A stretch of DNA of 64,000 nt from Candidatus Dojkabacteria bacterium HGW-Dojkabacteria-1 (GTDB lineage: Bacteria > Patescibacteriota > Dojkabacteria > SC72): the NCBI GenBank assembly GCA_002840365.1, contig PHAO01000001.1, positions 367,514 through 431,513 of the forward strand, in the 5' to 3' direction. The translations under genes were made by a program, and so were the position numbers. Shown piece by piece: positions 1-9,831 of the stretch (position 1 is its first letter; every line of letters begins with the position of its first letter). The notes under the pieces are model-generated. The model saw only the letters and a list, made by a program, of their open reading frames with translations. It was not told the origin of the DNA and did no database searches.

Positions 1-582
1 GTAGTTGAGACTCTAATTGCTTTTGCAAAAGAGGATTGGATGACCTCAGAAAGAGTACCCTTTGAATTAGAGGTTGATTTTCCACTGATAGCTGATTCAT
101 ATATTGTTTTAAGATTTGAAAAGAGTAATCCTTCTGGTTTAATAGAGAACTCTGATTATGCTGATTTACAAATTCTAGTTAAAACAGTAAATGAGGCTTT
201 GGAAGTAAAAGTCTACTTCCCAAATGAGAATATGGGGTCTACTTCAGATTGTACTCTTGTATATCCAGTAAACAGAACAATACCATATACTCAAGCAGTG
301 GGTCGGGCTGCCTTAGAGCAACTTTTCAAAGGTGTAACTACTGATGAAGAAGATTTTGGGTATTTTACAAATATTAATGAAGGAGTAAAGATACAGAGTT
401 TAACGATTTCTAATGGTATTGCTAGAGTCGATTTAAGTGAAGAATTAGAAAGAGAAGTTGGAGGTAGTTGTAGGGTTACAAGTATAAGGGAGCAGATTAA
501 TAGGACTTTAGGACAATTCTCAACTGTTGATACAGTAATCATTTCTGTAGATGGAAGAACAGAGGATATATTACAACCCTAA
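1..582 (+). CDS. GerMN-domain (sporulation/germination-like) lipoprotein-type protein, 5' partial (frame open to window start)
   Basis: ORF 40..582 frame has no upstream stop from nt 1; GerMN-like motifs (VYFPNE..., TQAVGRAALEQLFKG, ARVDLSEEL); 4-nt convergent overlap with gatA. Confidence 0.5.
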   Translation, partial: VVETLIAFAKEDWMTSERVPFELEVDFPLIADSYIVLRFEKSNPSGLIENSDYADLQILVKTVNEALEVKVYFPNENMGSTSDCTLVYPVNRTIPYTQAVGRAALEQLFKGVTTDEEDFGYFTNINEGVKIQSLTISNGIARVDLSEELEREVGGSCRVTSIREQINRTLGQFSTVDTVIISVDGRTEDILQP

Positions 583-2003
583 GATTGATTCTCCTCTAAT
601 GCTTTAGCAGCGTTAAGTATTGTTTGTTCATCAAGGTGTTTTCCAATAAATTGTATTCCAGTTGGCATATTTTCTGATATTCCATTTGGTATGGAAATAC
701 CTGGTAATCCTGCCTCAGAGCTGCCTTCTGCTAAGATATCTGCTATTTCTCCAAAAAGTGGGTTGTCAGCATCTTTTTCGTGTAAAGCTATGGAAGGTGT
801 TGTTGGAGATACTATACAGTCGTACTCTTTTAATATTTTGTCTAAGTCTTCTTTAATTAATTGTCTTACCTGTTCAGATTTTTTAAAGTATTCATCTGCA
901 TATCCAGCAGAGAGAGAGTATGTACCTGTCATTATCCTTCTTTTAGGTTCCTGTCCTAGACCTTCGCCTCTTGTGGATTCATAGTATGTTTTTACACTTG
1001 ATTTGTCTTTTCCTTCTAATCCATATCTTGTTCCATCATATCTTGCAAGATTTGATGATACTTCACTTCTACAGGTAATTGTATATACAGCCATTGCGAA
1101 TTTTGGATCTAATATATTCACATATTCTATAACTGCTCCAAGCTTTTTAAGTATATTTATACTTTTTTCAAAGTTAGTAACAACTCCTGATTCAAGTTCT
1201 AACTCTAGGTATTCTTTGGGTATAGCTAATTTCATACCTTTTATCTTTGATGGATTTAGTTGGGATAGATAGTCAGGTGTTGACTCTTTGTATGTAGTGA
1301 AATCTTTTGGATCATATCCAGCTATTACAGAAAGGATTAATGCACTATCCTCAACACTCTTTACTAATGGTCCTGGGCTATCAAGAGAAGAGCCCATTGC
1401 TAATACACCATATCTTGATACTCTCCCATATGTTGGTTTAAGCCCAACTATTCCACACCATGAAGCAGGGAGTCTAATGGAGCCTGCGGTTTCTGTTCCA
1501 ATCGCTCCTGCGCAAAGATCTGCAGCAACTGCTGCTGAAGAACCACCAGAGGAACCCCCTGGTAATCTTTCAAAATCAAATGGATTTTTTGTTCTTCCAT
1601 AGTAGGAAGTTATTGTTGATGAACCATGGCAAAACTGATCAAGATTGGTCTTACCAAGAAGTATGCTTCCTTCTTTCAGTAGTCTTTTTGTTACTGTTGA
1701 TTCATATACTGGTCTGTATCCATCAAGTATATGAGAGGCTGCTGTTGTTAGCCTATCTTTAGTAGAAAAGATATCTTTTACTGCGATTGGAATACCGCCT
1801 AGTTTCTTTTGTACTTCTGTTTCAAAATGGTTATCAAAATTCTTTGCTTCACTTAGAGCATCTTCTTTGAATACTGTAATGTAAGAATTCAATTCTTTGT
1901 CTTTCTCTTCTATCTTTCCTAGGTAATATTTCACTAGTTCTTCCGCTGAGAATTCTTTCTTCAGTAACTTCTCTCTTATCTGTACAATACTTAAATTTTC
2001 CAC
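579..2003 (-). CDS. gatA: Glu-tRNA(Gln)/Asp-tRNA(Asn) amidotransferase subunit A
   Basis: Full-length 474 aa; amidase signature GGSSGGSSAAVAA and catalytic Ser-cis-Ser-Lys context; N-terminus typical of GatA. Confidence 0.9.
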   Translation of the reverse strand: MENLSIVQIREKLLKKEFSAEELVKYYLGKIEEKDKELNSYITVFKEDALSEAKNFDNHFETEVQKKLGGIPIAVKDIFSTKDRLTTAASHILDGYRPVYESTVTKRLLKEGSILLGKTNLDQFCHGSSTITSYYGRTKNPFDFERLPGGSSGGSSAAVAADLCAGAIGTETAGSIRLPASWCGIVGLKPTYGRVSRYGVLAMGSSLDSPGPLVKSVEDSALILSVIAGYDPKDFTTYKESTPDYLSQLNPSKIKGMKLAIPKEYLELELESGVVTNFEKSINILKKLGAVIEYVNILDPKFAMAVYTITCRSEVSSNLARYDGTRYGLEGKDKSSVKTYYESTRGEGLGQEPKRRIMTGTYSLSAGYADEYFKKSEQVRQLIKEDLDKILKEYDCIVSPTTPSIALHEKDADNPLFGEIADILAEGSSEAGLPGISIPNGISENMPTGIQFIGKHLDEQTILNAAKALEENQS

Positions 2004-2037
2004 AAGGTCTATTCCTTAGATTAACAACTGAATTCTA

Positions 2038-3297
2038 TCAGAATTTAAGAAATGTTAAAACTAAAAATATACATAACAAGGGTAAAAGTGTACCAAGTAT
2101 TACTTGAGGATATGTATGTCTTTTGAGTTCAACTCTAGACCAAGCCATGAATGGAAGTAAAGCAAGTAGTAAGTATGTGTATTCATTATTTAGAAGGTAT
2201 ATTACGATGAAAATTGAAAGAGTACTCCATATCATATGATAACTAATTTTCCAAAAGAGGGTAATTAGTAATCCAAATATGAATGTTAGATTAACAATCA
2301 AATATATTATTATTAATGTACTATTACCTAAATATATACTTGTAATTAGTGATATTAAGAGACTTGCTAATATTGTCAAGAAAAGCCTAGGTCTTTCCTC
2401 TCTCTTAGTTACATTTATATCCGATGTTATACCAAGGACATTAAAAAGCATTATCACAGAAATTGGGACTAAGAAAGTAAAGGTAATTAGTACCAGTAAT
2501 GGTAAGGGTGGGAGTTGTGTATGTATACCAAAGGTTATAGCTGCAAATATTATTAGTCCAATCATAACGATTTTTGAGAAAAAATTTGCAATAGCTTTTT
2601 TATATTTCATATCAAGTAGGTTAAGAATTAAAAGAGTTCCGATAATAAAGAATATACCAGAAAAGAAATCTGAGGTTTCTATACCCATTATATACTCCCT
2701 ATCTATTCTAATGGTATTCATGAGTAACCTTATCATTGCATACCCTATGAAATATATTCCTGTTAAGAGACCTTTCTGTTGCGAAGAGGTCTTTAAAAGA
2801 GCAAAGAACAGAAGAAGTAAAAGAAGTGATTCATAAAGGAAGACAGGATGAAATGTCTCATATGATTCATACCCTGTTAATCTCTTTTCTAATGGAATCT
2901 CTATTGCCCATGGTAATTGAGATGGTTTTCCGTACAATTCATTGTTAAAGTAATTTCCAATTCTCCCTATGGCTTGTATTAATGGAAGAAATACTAAAAG
3001 AGTATCGGAAAGTTTAATTAATGGAGCATTCTTTCTTAACGAAATTATCCATAGGGCTAAGAGTATACCCAAGAGGGCTCCGTAGAAAGCTAAACCACCG
3101 TTCCAAATATTTAAAATTCTCACTGTTCCTTCCTGTATCCCTTCTATATTATGTAAAAGAAATACTATTCTTGCACCAAGTAGAGCGAGCAAGCCAATGA
3201 AAAGATATTCTAAATATGAAAAAAGGTTTGTTTTCTTTCTTAGAAGTTCAATACCAAAAACAATTGCAATACCAATTATTAATCCATATATATTCAT
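2038..3297 (-). CDS. lgt: Prolipoprotein diacylglyceryl transferase with ~150-aa C-terminal multi-TM extension
   Basis: Lgt signatures GRIGNYFNNELYG, WNGGLAFYGALLG, PSQLPWAIEIP; additional hydrophobic C-terminal helices beyond usual ~280 aa. Confidence 0.75.
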   Translation of the reverse strand: MNIYGLIIGIAIVFGIELLRKKTNLFSYLEYLFIGLLALLGARIVFLLHNIEGIQEGTVRILNIWNGGLAFYGALLGILLALWIISLRKNAPLIKLSDTLLVFLPLIQAIGRIGNYFNNELYGKPSQLPWAIEIPLEKRLTGYESYETFHPVFLYESLLLLLLFFALLKTSSQQKGLLTGIYFIGYAMIRLLMNTIRIDREYIMGIETSDFFSGIFFIIGTLLILNLLDMKYKKAIANFFSKIVMIGLIIFAAITFGIHTQLPPLPLLVLITFTFLVPISVIMLFNVLGITSDINVTKREERPRLFLTILASLLISLITSIYLGNSTLIIIYLIVNLTFIFGLLITLFWKISYHMIWSTLSIFIVIYLLNNEYTYLLLALLPFMAWSRVELKRHTYPQVILGTLLPLLCIFLVLTFLKF

Positions 3298-5516
3298 GTT
3301 TTTAATAAAGGTGATTTATCTTTATTCTCTATTATAACTAATCTGTGAAGGGCTCTTGTTACAGCTACATAGAAGAGTCTTGTTGAAAGTTCTGTATCTG
3401 GATATGTATCTTTGTTTACATCTAAAATTATAACTGTATCGAACTCTAATCCTTTTGCATCTTCAACTGTTAATATGAGTAGTCCTGTTTTGTAGTCACT
3501 TATTGTGTAATCAACAATATCCCTCTCTAGATATCCCTCATATTCAATTAATTTTTCATATGTTTGTTTGGTATGTTCTTTGTCTTTGCATATTAGAGCA
3601 CATGTTACAGAACCTTTCTCGAATTCTTTTTTCATCATATCAACTAAATTCTTAGTCTCTTTTTTGCTTAAATCTTTGATTCCCTCCCTATGTTCAATCA
3701 CCCTTATATCCTCACCATGTCTTAATACAGCTTCCGGTAATTTGTAGCTTTTAGGAAATCTTTCTCTAAATATTTTGTTTGCATATTCAATTATCTCTAA
3801 GGTTGTTCTGTAACATCTGTTTAGTTGATGATACGAGTATTTTCCTAACTCCCATTTTTTAAAAAGTTCTATAACCTGTTCCCAATCTTTTATGTAAAAG
3901 GGAGGTATTACTGATTGTGCTAAATCTCCAGCTATTGTTACATTTTGTTTCTTAGCTATCTGAAGTAGCGTAAGTATTTGAACTAGACTTAAATCTTGAG
4001 CTTCATCAATCATTACATATTCTTTTTCATGTTCCTTGTGTCCATGTATTTTTAAGTGTAAATATACAATTGGAGCCAAATCTTCCATTCTGTAAGTTTT
4101 CTGTTTTCCTGATCGAGATACTCCCTCAAGTGTATATTTTGCAATATCCTTTTTTACATATCCCTTCTTAAACATATTTCTGTATATCTCTATAGGGAGT
4201 GTTGAGGTTTCAAAATATTTTGATATTTCTTTTTTCTTTTGTAAGTCAACATCATGGGTATCAGTAATATATCCTGTTCTTCTTTCTCTAAATTGTTTTT
4301 GTGCAAAAGCATATTCCAAAGAAAGATTTAATCTCTCGTCCATTGTTATGTATGGATATGTCTGTTTAAGTTCGTAATATCTTCTTCTTACAACATCTTT
4401 TCTGGAGTATGGAATATTTTCTAACAAATCGGATTCAAATTCTTCGAAATATGAATCTAAGATATCTATGTATTCTAAGGAACCTTTATACTCTTTTATT
4501 TCTAAGTCTTCTTTTGATGGATGGAGAATGTATGAATTATCCCAACCTAGGATGTTTTTTGCCCAGAACATATATGTATTTGTTTCAACACTATCTACTC
4601 CTAAACTTGGAAGTACATCTGCAATGTAATCTAAAAACATTTTGTTTGGGCCGATGATTAAACTTTTTTCTGGTCTAATCTTTTCTTTGTAAGTATAGAA
4701 AAGGTAGGCTAATCTATGGAGTAGTATTGTTGTTTTTCCACTACCAGCAACTCCTTGTATGATGACAGGTTTGTCTATTTCTTCTCTAATTATATTGTTT
4801 TGTTGGGCTTGTATTGTAGCTACAATATCTTTTAGTTTTTGTCCTAACCTTTGATTAAGTTGTGCCAGTAAAAATTCATCTGCTGCAATATTTCCTGTTT
4901 TAGCATCATATATATGTTTAAATCTCGCTTCTGAGATATTAAATTGTCTTTTCTGAACTAAATTACCCTCTTTAATTCCACTTGGTGTTTCATATGTAAG
5001 GTTGTTTGTAGGACCACTATTTTCATAGTAGATGTTGGCAATTGGAGCTCTCCAATCACTTATTAAGGGCTTAAATGTTTCCTGATCCATTAATGCAAAT
5101 TTACCAATGTATATTGGTAAGATTCTGTTTTCTCCATTTAATTTGGTCTCAAATACTATCTTTCCAAAGTATGGAGTATCAAGTTTTATCAATTCTCTAT
5201 TTATTCTCTCAATACACTCCTCGATACTTTTAAGTATTTTATTGTATATTCCTACAGCATCCTTTCTTGCATCTAGGTCTGTTTCCATTTGTATTGCTTT
5301 TACTTGCTCCTCAAGTTCAAGTTCCAAATCCTTCAATCTCTTTATCATCTTGTTTGATGTAAAAGCATTAATGTCAGTAACAAGCTCTAAGTGAGGATAT
5401 TCTTCCTTCTCTGTATTGGTTTGCGGAATAACTTTACTAAAATCGTTTATCTCATCTACCCGTGTGTATATTGGGTTTAATTCTTTAGAGAATGTTTGCA
5501 TTTGCATCAGAGGCAA
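3294..5516 (-). CDS. UvrD/Rep-family SF1 helicase, HelD (helicase IV)-like with N-terminal extension
   Basis: Walker A GVAGSGKTT, DEAQD (MIDEAQDLS), C-terminal VTRALHRL; N-terminal ISDWRAPIANIYY motif typical of HelD. Confidence 0.7.
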   Translation of the reverse strand: MPLMQMQTFSKELNPIYTRVDEINDFSKVIPQTNTEKEEYPHLELVTDINAFTSNKMIKRLKDLELELEEQVKAIQMETDLDARKDAVGIYNKILKSIEECIERINRELIKLDTPYFGKIVFETKLNGENRILPIYIGKFALMDQETFKPLISDWRAPIANIYYENSGPTNNLTYETPSGIKEGNLVQKRQFNISEARFKHIYDAKTGNIAADEFLLAQLNQRLGQKLKDIVATIQAQQNNIIREEIDKPVIIQGVAGSGKTTILLHRLAYLFYTYKEKIRPEKSLIIGPNKMFLDYIADVLPSLGVDSVETNTYMFWAKNILGWDNSYILHPSKEDLEIKEYKGSLEYIDILDSYFEEFESDLLENIPYSRKDVVRRRYYELKQTYPYITMDERLNLSLEYAFAQKQFRERRTGYITDTHDVDLQKKKEISKYFETSTLPIEIYRNMFKKGYVKKDIAKYTLEGVSRSGKQKTYRMEDLAPIVYLHLKIHGHKEHEKEYVMIDEAQDLSLVQILTLLQIAKKQNVTIAGDLAQSVIPPFYIKDWEQVIELFKKWELGKYSYHQLNRCYRTTLEIIEYANKIFRERFPKSYKLPEAVLRHGEDIRVIEHREGIKDLSKKETKNLVDMMKKEFEKGSVTCALICKDKEHTKQTYEKLIEYEGYLERDIVDYTISDYKTGLLILTVEDAKGLEFDTVIILDVNKDTYPDTELSTRLFYVAVTRALHRLVIIENKDKSPLLKT

Positions 5517-5599
5517 ATTTATGGCATGGGCATTTTACATTATACTTATGACTCTGTCTATATACTTTTCAAAAGATGTAGAGCTTTGTATTATTAATT

Positions 5600-6133
5600 A
5601 TGAATGCATCTTTAAAAGTAATTTTGTATATATTTTTTGTAGCAGTTATTTTTTACTTTGTTCAGGATAACTTGGGGATATTTGATATCTCTTTTAAACA
5701 AAAAGAAGAGCAGGAGAATGTACAAAATGAAGAAGTAAACAAACAGAGTACAGTAGAAATATACAATGAGGATGGTGATTCAATGATTGTAAAGGTTGAT
5801 TTAGCTCAAACAGATGATCAAAGGAGAATGGGTTTGTCTGGTAGAAAAAGTTTAGGAGATTATGAAGGAATGCTTTTTGTTATGGATGAAGTAGGAACAT
5901 ATGCCTTTTGGATGAAGGATATGTTAATACCATTAGATATTATTTTCATAGATAGTAAATTCTTTATTGTAGATATAAAGGAGGATGAACAACCCTGTGG
6001 TAGTGGATACTGTCCTAGCATATATTCCGATGTTCCATTTCTGTATGTGTTGGAGGTCAACGCTGGCTTTGCAAAAGCTAACAGAGTTGTAGTTGGTAAT
6101 AGTATGGTATTTAATATATCATCTAGTTTATAG
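5600..6133 (+). CDS. DUF192 (COG1430) family protein with N-terminal TM anchor
   Basis: MLFVMDEVGTYAFWMKDMLIPLDIIFIDS...LEVNAGF pattern characteristic of DUF192. Confidence 0.6.
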   Translation: MNASLKVILYIFFVAVIFYFVQDNLGIFDISFKQKEEQENVQNEEVNKQSTVEIYNEDGDSMIVKVDLAQTDDQRRMGLSGRKSLGDYEGMLFVMDEVGTYAFWMKDMLIPLDIIFIDSKFFIVDIKEDEQPCGSGYCPSIYSDVPFLYVLEVNAGFAKANRVVVGNSMVFNISSSL

Positions 6134-6154
6134 TTAAGATTTTTCAAGTTACAA

Positions 6155-6775
6155 ATGATACAGACCTTTATAGATTGGCTAGTTAATATTATTACTACAT
6201 TAGGATATCCAGGAGTTGCTCTTTCAGTATTTATTGAAAGTTTCTTCGCACCAATACCCAGTGAAATTATTTTACCTTTTTCTGGATTTGTAGCTTCTAC
6301 GGGTGCACTTAACATATATTTAGTTATTACAGTTGCTACAATTGCAGCATACCTAGGTACTCTTCCTTTTTACTTTATAGGAAGATGGGGAGAGAAGTTT
6401 GTTACAAAGTTTTTAGATAGATATGGTAAATACTTATTTATCGACAGAGAAGAGGTAGATTGGGCGTTTGGCTTGTTTGAAAAGCATGGAAAAAAGATTG
6501 TATTACTTGGTAGGTTAATTCCAATTGTTAGGTCATTGATTTCATTTCCAGCTGGAGTAGCGAAGATGGATTTTTTTGTTTTTAGTATTTTTACATTGAT
6601 AGGGGCTCTTATGTGGAATACAATTCTTACATATTCTGGATATTTGTTAGCTGATAACTGGGAAGTGGTAGGTGAGTTCATTGCAAAATATGAAAAGATA
6701 ATACTTGGTGTATTTGTAGTAGTATTTGTTTTGTATCTTTTGAGAGGATATTTAAAAAGGAGAAGGGCTAAATAA
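6155..6775 (+). CDS. DedA/SNARE-associated family membrane protein
   Basis: DedA motif GYPGVALSVFIESFFAPIPSEIILPFSGF; multiple TM helices; 8-nt overlap with convergent gpmI. Confidence 0.7.
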   Translation: MIQTFIDWLVNIITTLGYPGVALSVFIESFFAPIPSEIILPFSGFVASTGALNIYLVITVATIAAYLGTLPFYFIGRWGEKFVTKFLDRYGKYLFIDREEVDWAFGLFEKHGKKIVLLGRLIPIVRSLISFPAGVAKMDFFVFSIFTLIGALMWNTILTYSGYLLADNWEVVGEFIAKYEKIILGVFVVVFVLYLLRGYLKRRRAK

Positions 6776-8318
6776 CGCTTTTTAGAAGACTTACTCCAGT
6801 CATATCCGAAGGAGTGGGAATCCCCATTATATCCAATATAGTTGGAGTAATATCTTTTAATGCTCCATATTGAAGATTTCTTGGAGGAATATTTAATCCT
6901 GGTATCATTATTGGTACAGGATTAAGAGAATGTTCAGTATCTATTTCACCATTATCTAGATTTATTAATTCTTCAGCATTACCATGGTCAGAGGTAATAA
7001 TGACGGCACCTCCTCTTACTGTAAATGCTCTTACCAAGTCAGCAACACAACTATCCACTACCGAGATGGCTTTCATGGTGGCTTCCATGTTTCCTGAGTG
7101 TCCTACCATATCTGGGTTTGCATAATTTACAACTATAAAATCATAGAGGTTGGACTCGATTTTACTAATGAGGTTTGTAGTCATCGGTATAGCACTCATT
7201 TCTGGCCTTAAATCATATGTTGGTACTGATGGGGATGGAATTTCTATTCTTTCTTCATTTGAATATCTAATAGGAGCCCCACCATTGAAAAAGTATGTTA
7301 CATGGGGGAATTTTTCTGATTCTGCAATTCTTAATTGTCTTAGTCCATGTGAAGCTAATATGTTACCAAGGGGGAAGTTAATATATTGTTTTGGGAAAAG
7401 TACTTTGGGAGGAAAATTCTTTCTGTATTCAACCATACTAGCAAAATATATTGGATATATATTACATCGCTTACACTCAGAAAAGTTACTATCTACCAAA
7501 GCCCTTGTTAATTGTAATGCCCTATCTGGTCTAAAGTTAAGGAAAAGTACAACATCTCTAGGTTTTATTTGACTATTAGGAACTATAACGGTTGGTTCTA
7601 CAAACTCGTCCGTTATTTTGTTTGCATATGATATCTCAATACATTGCTTGTATGTACCACAAGTATTACCAGTATTTTGTGTAATCAAATCATATGCTCT
7701 TTGTGTTCTATCCCAATTACCATTTCTATCCATTGCCCACGCCCTTCCACAAATGGTCGCTATTTGTCCTAAACCTGTTTGATTCATTACCTCTTGTATT
7801 TGATCTAGGTATCCTTCTGCTGAGTTTGGTGGAGAGTCTCTTCCATCAGTAAATGCATGTAAGAAAAGTTCTCCATTAAAATTATTTTGTGAAAAGAATC
7901 TTATAGTTGCTTTTATATGTTCAATATGTGAGTGAACACTTCCATCACTAGTAAGACCGAGTAAGTGAACCCTTGATTTCGATTTCTGTGCATATTTTAG
8001 TGCTTCAAGAAGTGTCGCGTTCTTAAAGAACAGCCCCTTTGATATTGATTGATCTATTCTAGGTAATGTTTGAACTATTACTCTTCCTGCACCTATATTC
8101 ATATGTCCTACCTCACTATTACCTTTTACATCTTTAGGAAGTCCTACAGACTCTCCAGAGGCTAACAGGTATGTATGAGGAGAGGTACTCCAAAGGGAGG
8201 CTAAATTATGAGGGTTAGCTTTTACTACCGCATTACCTTCTGAATCTGGTGCAGCTCCTAATCCGTCTAATATTATGAGTAAGACTTTCTGTTTAATTTT
8301 CATGGCAGTTTTTAACAA
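6768..8318 (-). CDS. gpmI: 2,3-bisphosphoglycerate-independent phosphoglycerate mutase
   Basis: 516 aa; N-terminal KVLLIILDGLG, metal-binding DGRD, HSGNME/ SDHGN motifs of iPGM. Confidence 0.9.
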   Translation of the reverse strand: MLKTAMKIKQKVLLIILDGLGAAPDSEGNAVVKANPHNLASLWSTSPHTYLLASGESVGLPKDVKGNSEVGHMNIGAGRVIVQTLPRIDQSISKGLFFKNATLLEALKYAQKSKSRVHLLGLTSDGSVHSHIEHIKATIRFFSQNNFNGELFLHAFTDGRDSPPNSAEGYLDQIQEVMNQTGLGQIATICGRAWAMDRNGNWDRTQRAYDLITQNTGNTCGTYKQCIEISYANKITDEFVEPTVIVPNSQIKPRDVVLFLNFRPDRALQLTRALVDSNFSECKRCNIYPIYFASMVEYRKNFPPKVLFPKQYINFPLGNILASHGLRQLRIAESEKFPHVTYFFNGGAPIRYSNEERIEIPSPSVPTYDLRPEMSAIPMTTNLISKIESNLYDFIVVNYANPDMVGHSGNMEATMKAISVVDSCVADLVRAFTVRGGAVIITSDHGNAEELINLDNGEIDTEHSLNPVPIMIPGLNIPPRNLQYGALKDITPTILDIMGIPTPSDMTGVSLLKSVI

Positions 8319-8406
8319 TACATTGTGGCATAATTTCGGAAATTATTCTATAATAGCCGGTGCATAATTATTTTTATTGCGCTTTTTATATATTACAACA
8401 AAAGAT

Positions 8407-8832
8407 ATGGATATAAATATAATGAAGAAAATTGGTGGAGATCAACTTAAGAAGAGACCAGATGTTAAGGTTGGTGATACAGTAAAGTTACATATGAAGA
8501 TTAGAGAAGGAAGTAAGGAAAGAATTCAGATTTTTGAAGGAGTAGTAATGTCTTTGGGTTCTTCTGGAATAAATCAAACTGTTACTGTAAGAAAGATCTC
8601 TTATGGTATTGGTGTTGAGAGAGTTGTACCTATGCATTCAAATCTTTTAGAAAAGATTGAGGTTGTTAAGAGAGGTTCTGTAAAGAAATCAAGACTTTTC
8701 TATCTTAGAGATAGAGTTGGAAGAAGGGCTCTAAAAGTTGGTAATGTAAAGGATTTGTATCTAACTGATGAAGTAGAAGTACCAGAGGTAGGAGAACAAG
8801 AAGAGGTTGTAAAAGAGGAAACTGAAGAGTAA
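8407..8832 (+). CDS. rplS: 50S ribosomal protein L19 with acidic C-terminal tail (start moved to internal ATG matching L19 N-terminus)
   Basis: GDTVKLHMKIREGSKERIQIFEGVV...VRKISYGIGVERVVPMHSNLL aligns to bacterial L19; ORF-track start 8377 probably too far upstream. Confidence 0.85.
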   Translation: MDINIMKKIGGDQLKKRPDVKVGDTVKLHMKIREGSKERIQIFEGVVMSLGSSGINQTVTVRKISYGIGVERVVPMHSNLLEKIEVVKRGSVKKSRLFYLRDRVGRRALKVGNVKDLYLTDEVEVPEVGEQEEVVKEETEE

Positions 8833-8844
8833 AATCTACTCAAT

Positions 8845-8917
8845 GCAGGAGTAGTTCAATGGTTAGAATGTCTGTTTTCCAAACAGAGGGTTGCGGGTTC
8901 GAGTCCCGTCTCCTGCT
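8845..8917 (+). tRNA. tRNA-Gly (anticodon UCC)
   Basis: Cloverleaf GCAGGAG/CTCCTGC acceptor, D-arm GTTCAATGGTTAGAAT, anticodon loop TTTCCAA, T-arm GCGGGTTCGAGTCCCGT, followed by encoded CCA. Confidence 0.85.
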
Positions 8918-8966
8918 CCATATCCCCAATAGATGAAATTTTCCCGTATCTGCGATATAATTAGGC

Positions 8967-9521
8967 ATGATAAACGGAGGAGAGGACTTTTTTAAAGATA
9001 AAAATGACGATTACAGTTCGAGTGGCGGTAGATCTCCTATGAGAGATTTTCCATCAGATCGTGTTCCAATGATAGAAAAGATTTTCCAAGAAGTTTTAGG
9101 TAGAAAACCAAGTAGTAGAGAGCTTTCTTACTACAAGTATGGTGCAATGTCAGAGGATGATATTCGTATTAAGTTACTAACTTCTGATGAACACAAAAAG
9201 GTGTTAGAAGATGCATCAAAGCTTAGTGGAGTTGAAGATCAACTTAAGAATTCCCAATTAAATGAAAAACGATTAACTCAAAAGATAGAGGATTTAGATA
9301 ATCAAATTGCTGAAGGACATATTTTACTAACCGAGAAAAATAGCATTATTTCTGAGCTTAGAGAACAGGTAAAAAATCCTTACAATTTAGAAGAAAGAAT
9401 TGAAAGATATGAAGAAGGATTTGATGTATATTCTACACCTAAGATTGTAACTCAAGATATTCCAAGACAAAAATCGTTCAAAGAACTGCTTAAAGAATTT
9501 ATTAATATGTTAATTAAGTAA
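8967..9521 (+). CDS. DUF4214-like domain protein with C-terminal coiled coil
   Basis: IEKIFQEVLGRKPSSRELSYYKYG...DDIRIKLLTSDEH resembles DUF4214; heptad-rich C-terminus. Confidence 0.4.
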   Translation: MINGGEDFFKDKNDDYSSSGGRSPMRDFPSDRVPMIEKIFQEVLGRKPSSRELSYYKYGAMSEDDIRIKLLTSDEHKKVLEDASKLSGVEDQLKNSQLNEKRLTQKIEDLDNQIAEGHILLTEKNSIISELREQVKNPYNLEERIERYEEGFDVYSTPKIVTQDIPRQKSFKELLKEFINMLIK

Positions 9522-9522
9522 G

Positions 9523-9831
9523 TTGTCTGTTAAAGATTTCAGTTCTAAATTAAAGAGTGCAAGACTTGAAAGCGGACTATCACAAAGAAGTCTAGGTTTG
9601 AGTATTGGCCTTTCTGATAAAACTATTAGTTCATATGAATCATCAAGATCATATCCTAGTTTGGAGATATTAAAGAAATTATCTGAAAAATTAAAAAAAC
9701 CAATAGGGTATTTCTTCTCAAGTGAGGAAGAAATTTCTTTACATGTTGAAATAGAGAAACTTACAAAGAAGAATCAGGAATTAGAGAAAGAAATCACTTT
9801 ACTTAGGGAAATAATTAATAGGGTGGAGTAA
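9523..9831 (+). CDS. XRE-family helix-turn-helix transcriptional regulator with coiled-coil tail (TTG start)
   Basis: HTH_3-like LSQRSLGLSIGLSDKTISSYESSRSYPSLEILKKLSEKL; begins 2 nt after previous gene. Confidence 0.6.
   Translation: MSVKDFSSKLKSARLESGLSQRSLGLSIGLSDKTISSYESSRSYPSLEILKKLSEKLKKPIGYFFSSEEEISLHVEIEKLTKKNQELEKEITLLREIINRVE

Noticed and set aside
291-2003. Numerous 60-190-aa ORFs antisense to or nested in gatA, lgt, the HelD-like gene, dnaE, uvrB, mutL, the adhesin and the ATPase. Examples: 291..542, 662..1762 set, 2279..2836, 4409..4657, 5107..5394, 14636..14851, 15313..15753, 22219..22851, 23980..24447, 28965..29267, 30267..30971, 32208..33594.
   Set aside because: Each lies entirely within a long, well-supported CDS on the opposite strand or in another frame. 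They have low-complexity, hydrophobic or AT-codon-driven translations and no start context. They are typical shadow ORFs of an AT-rich genome.
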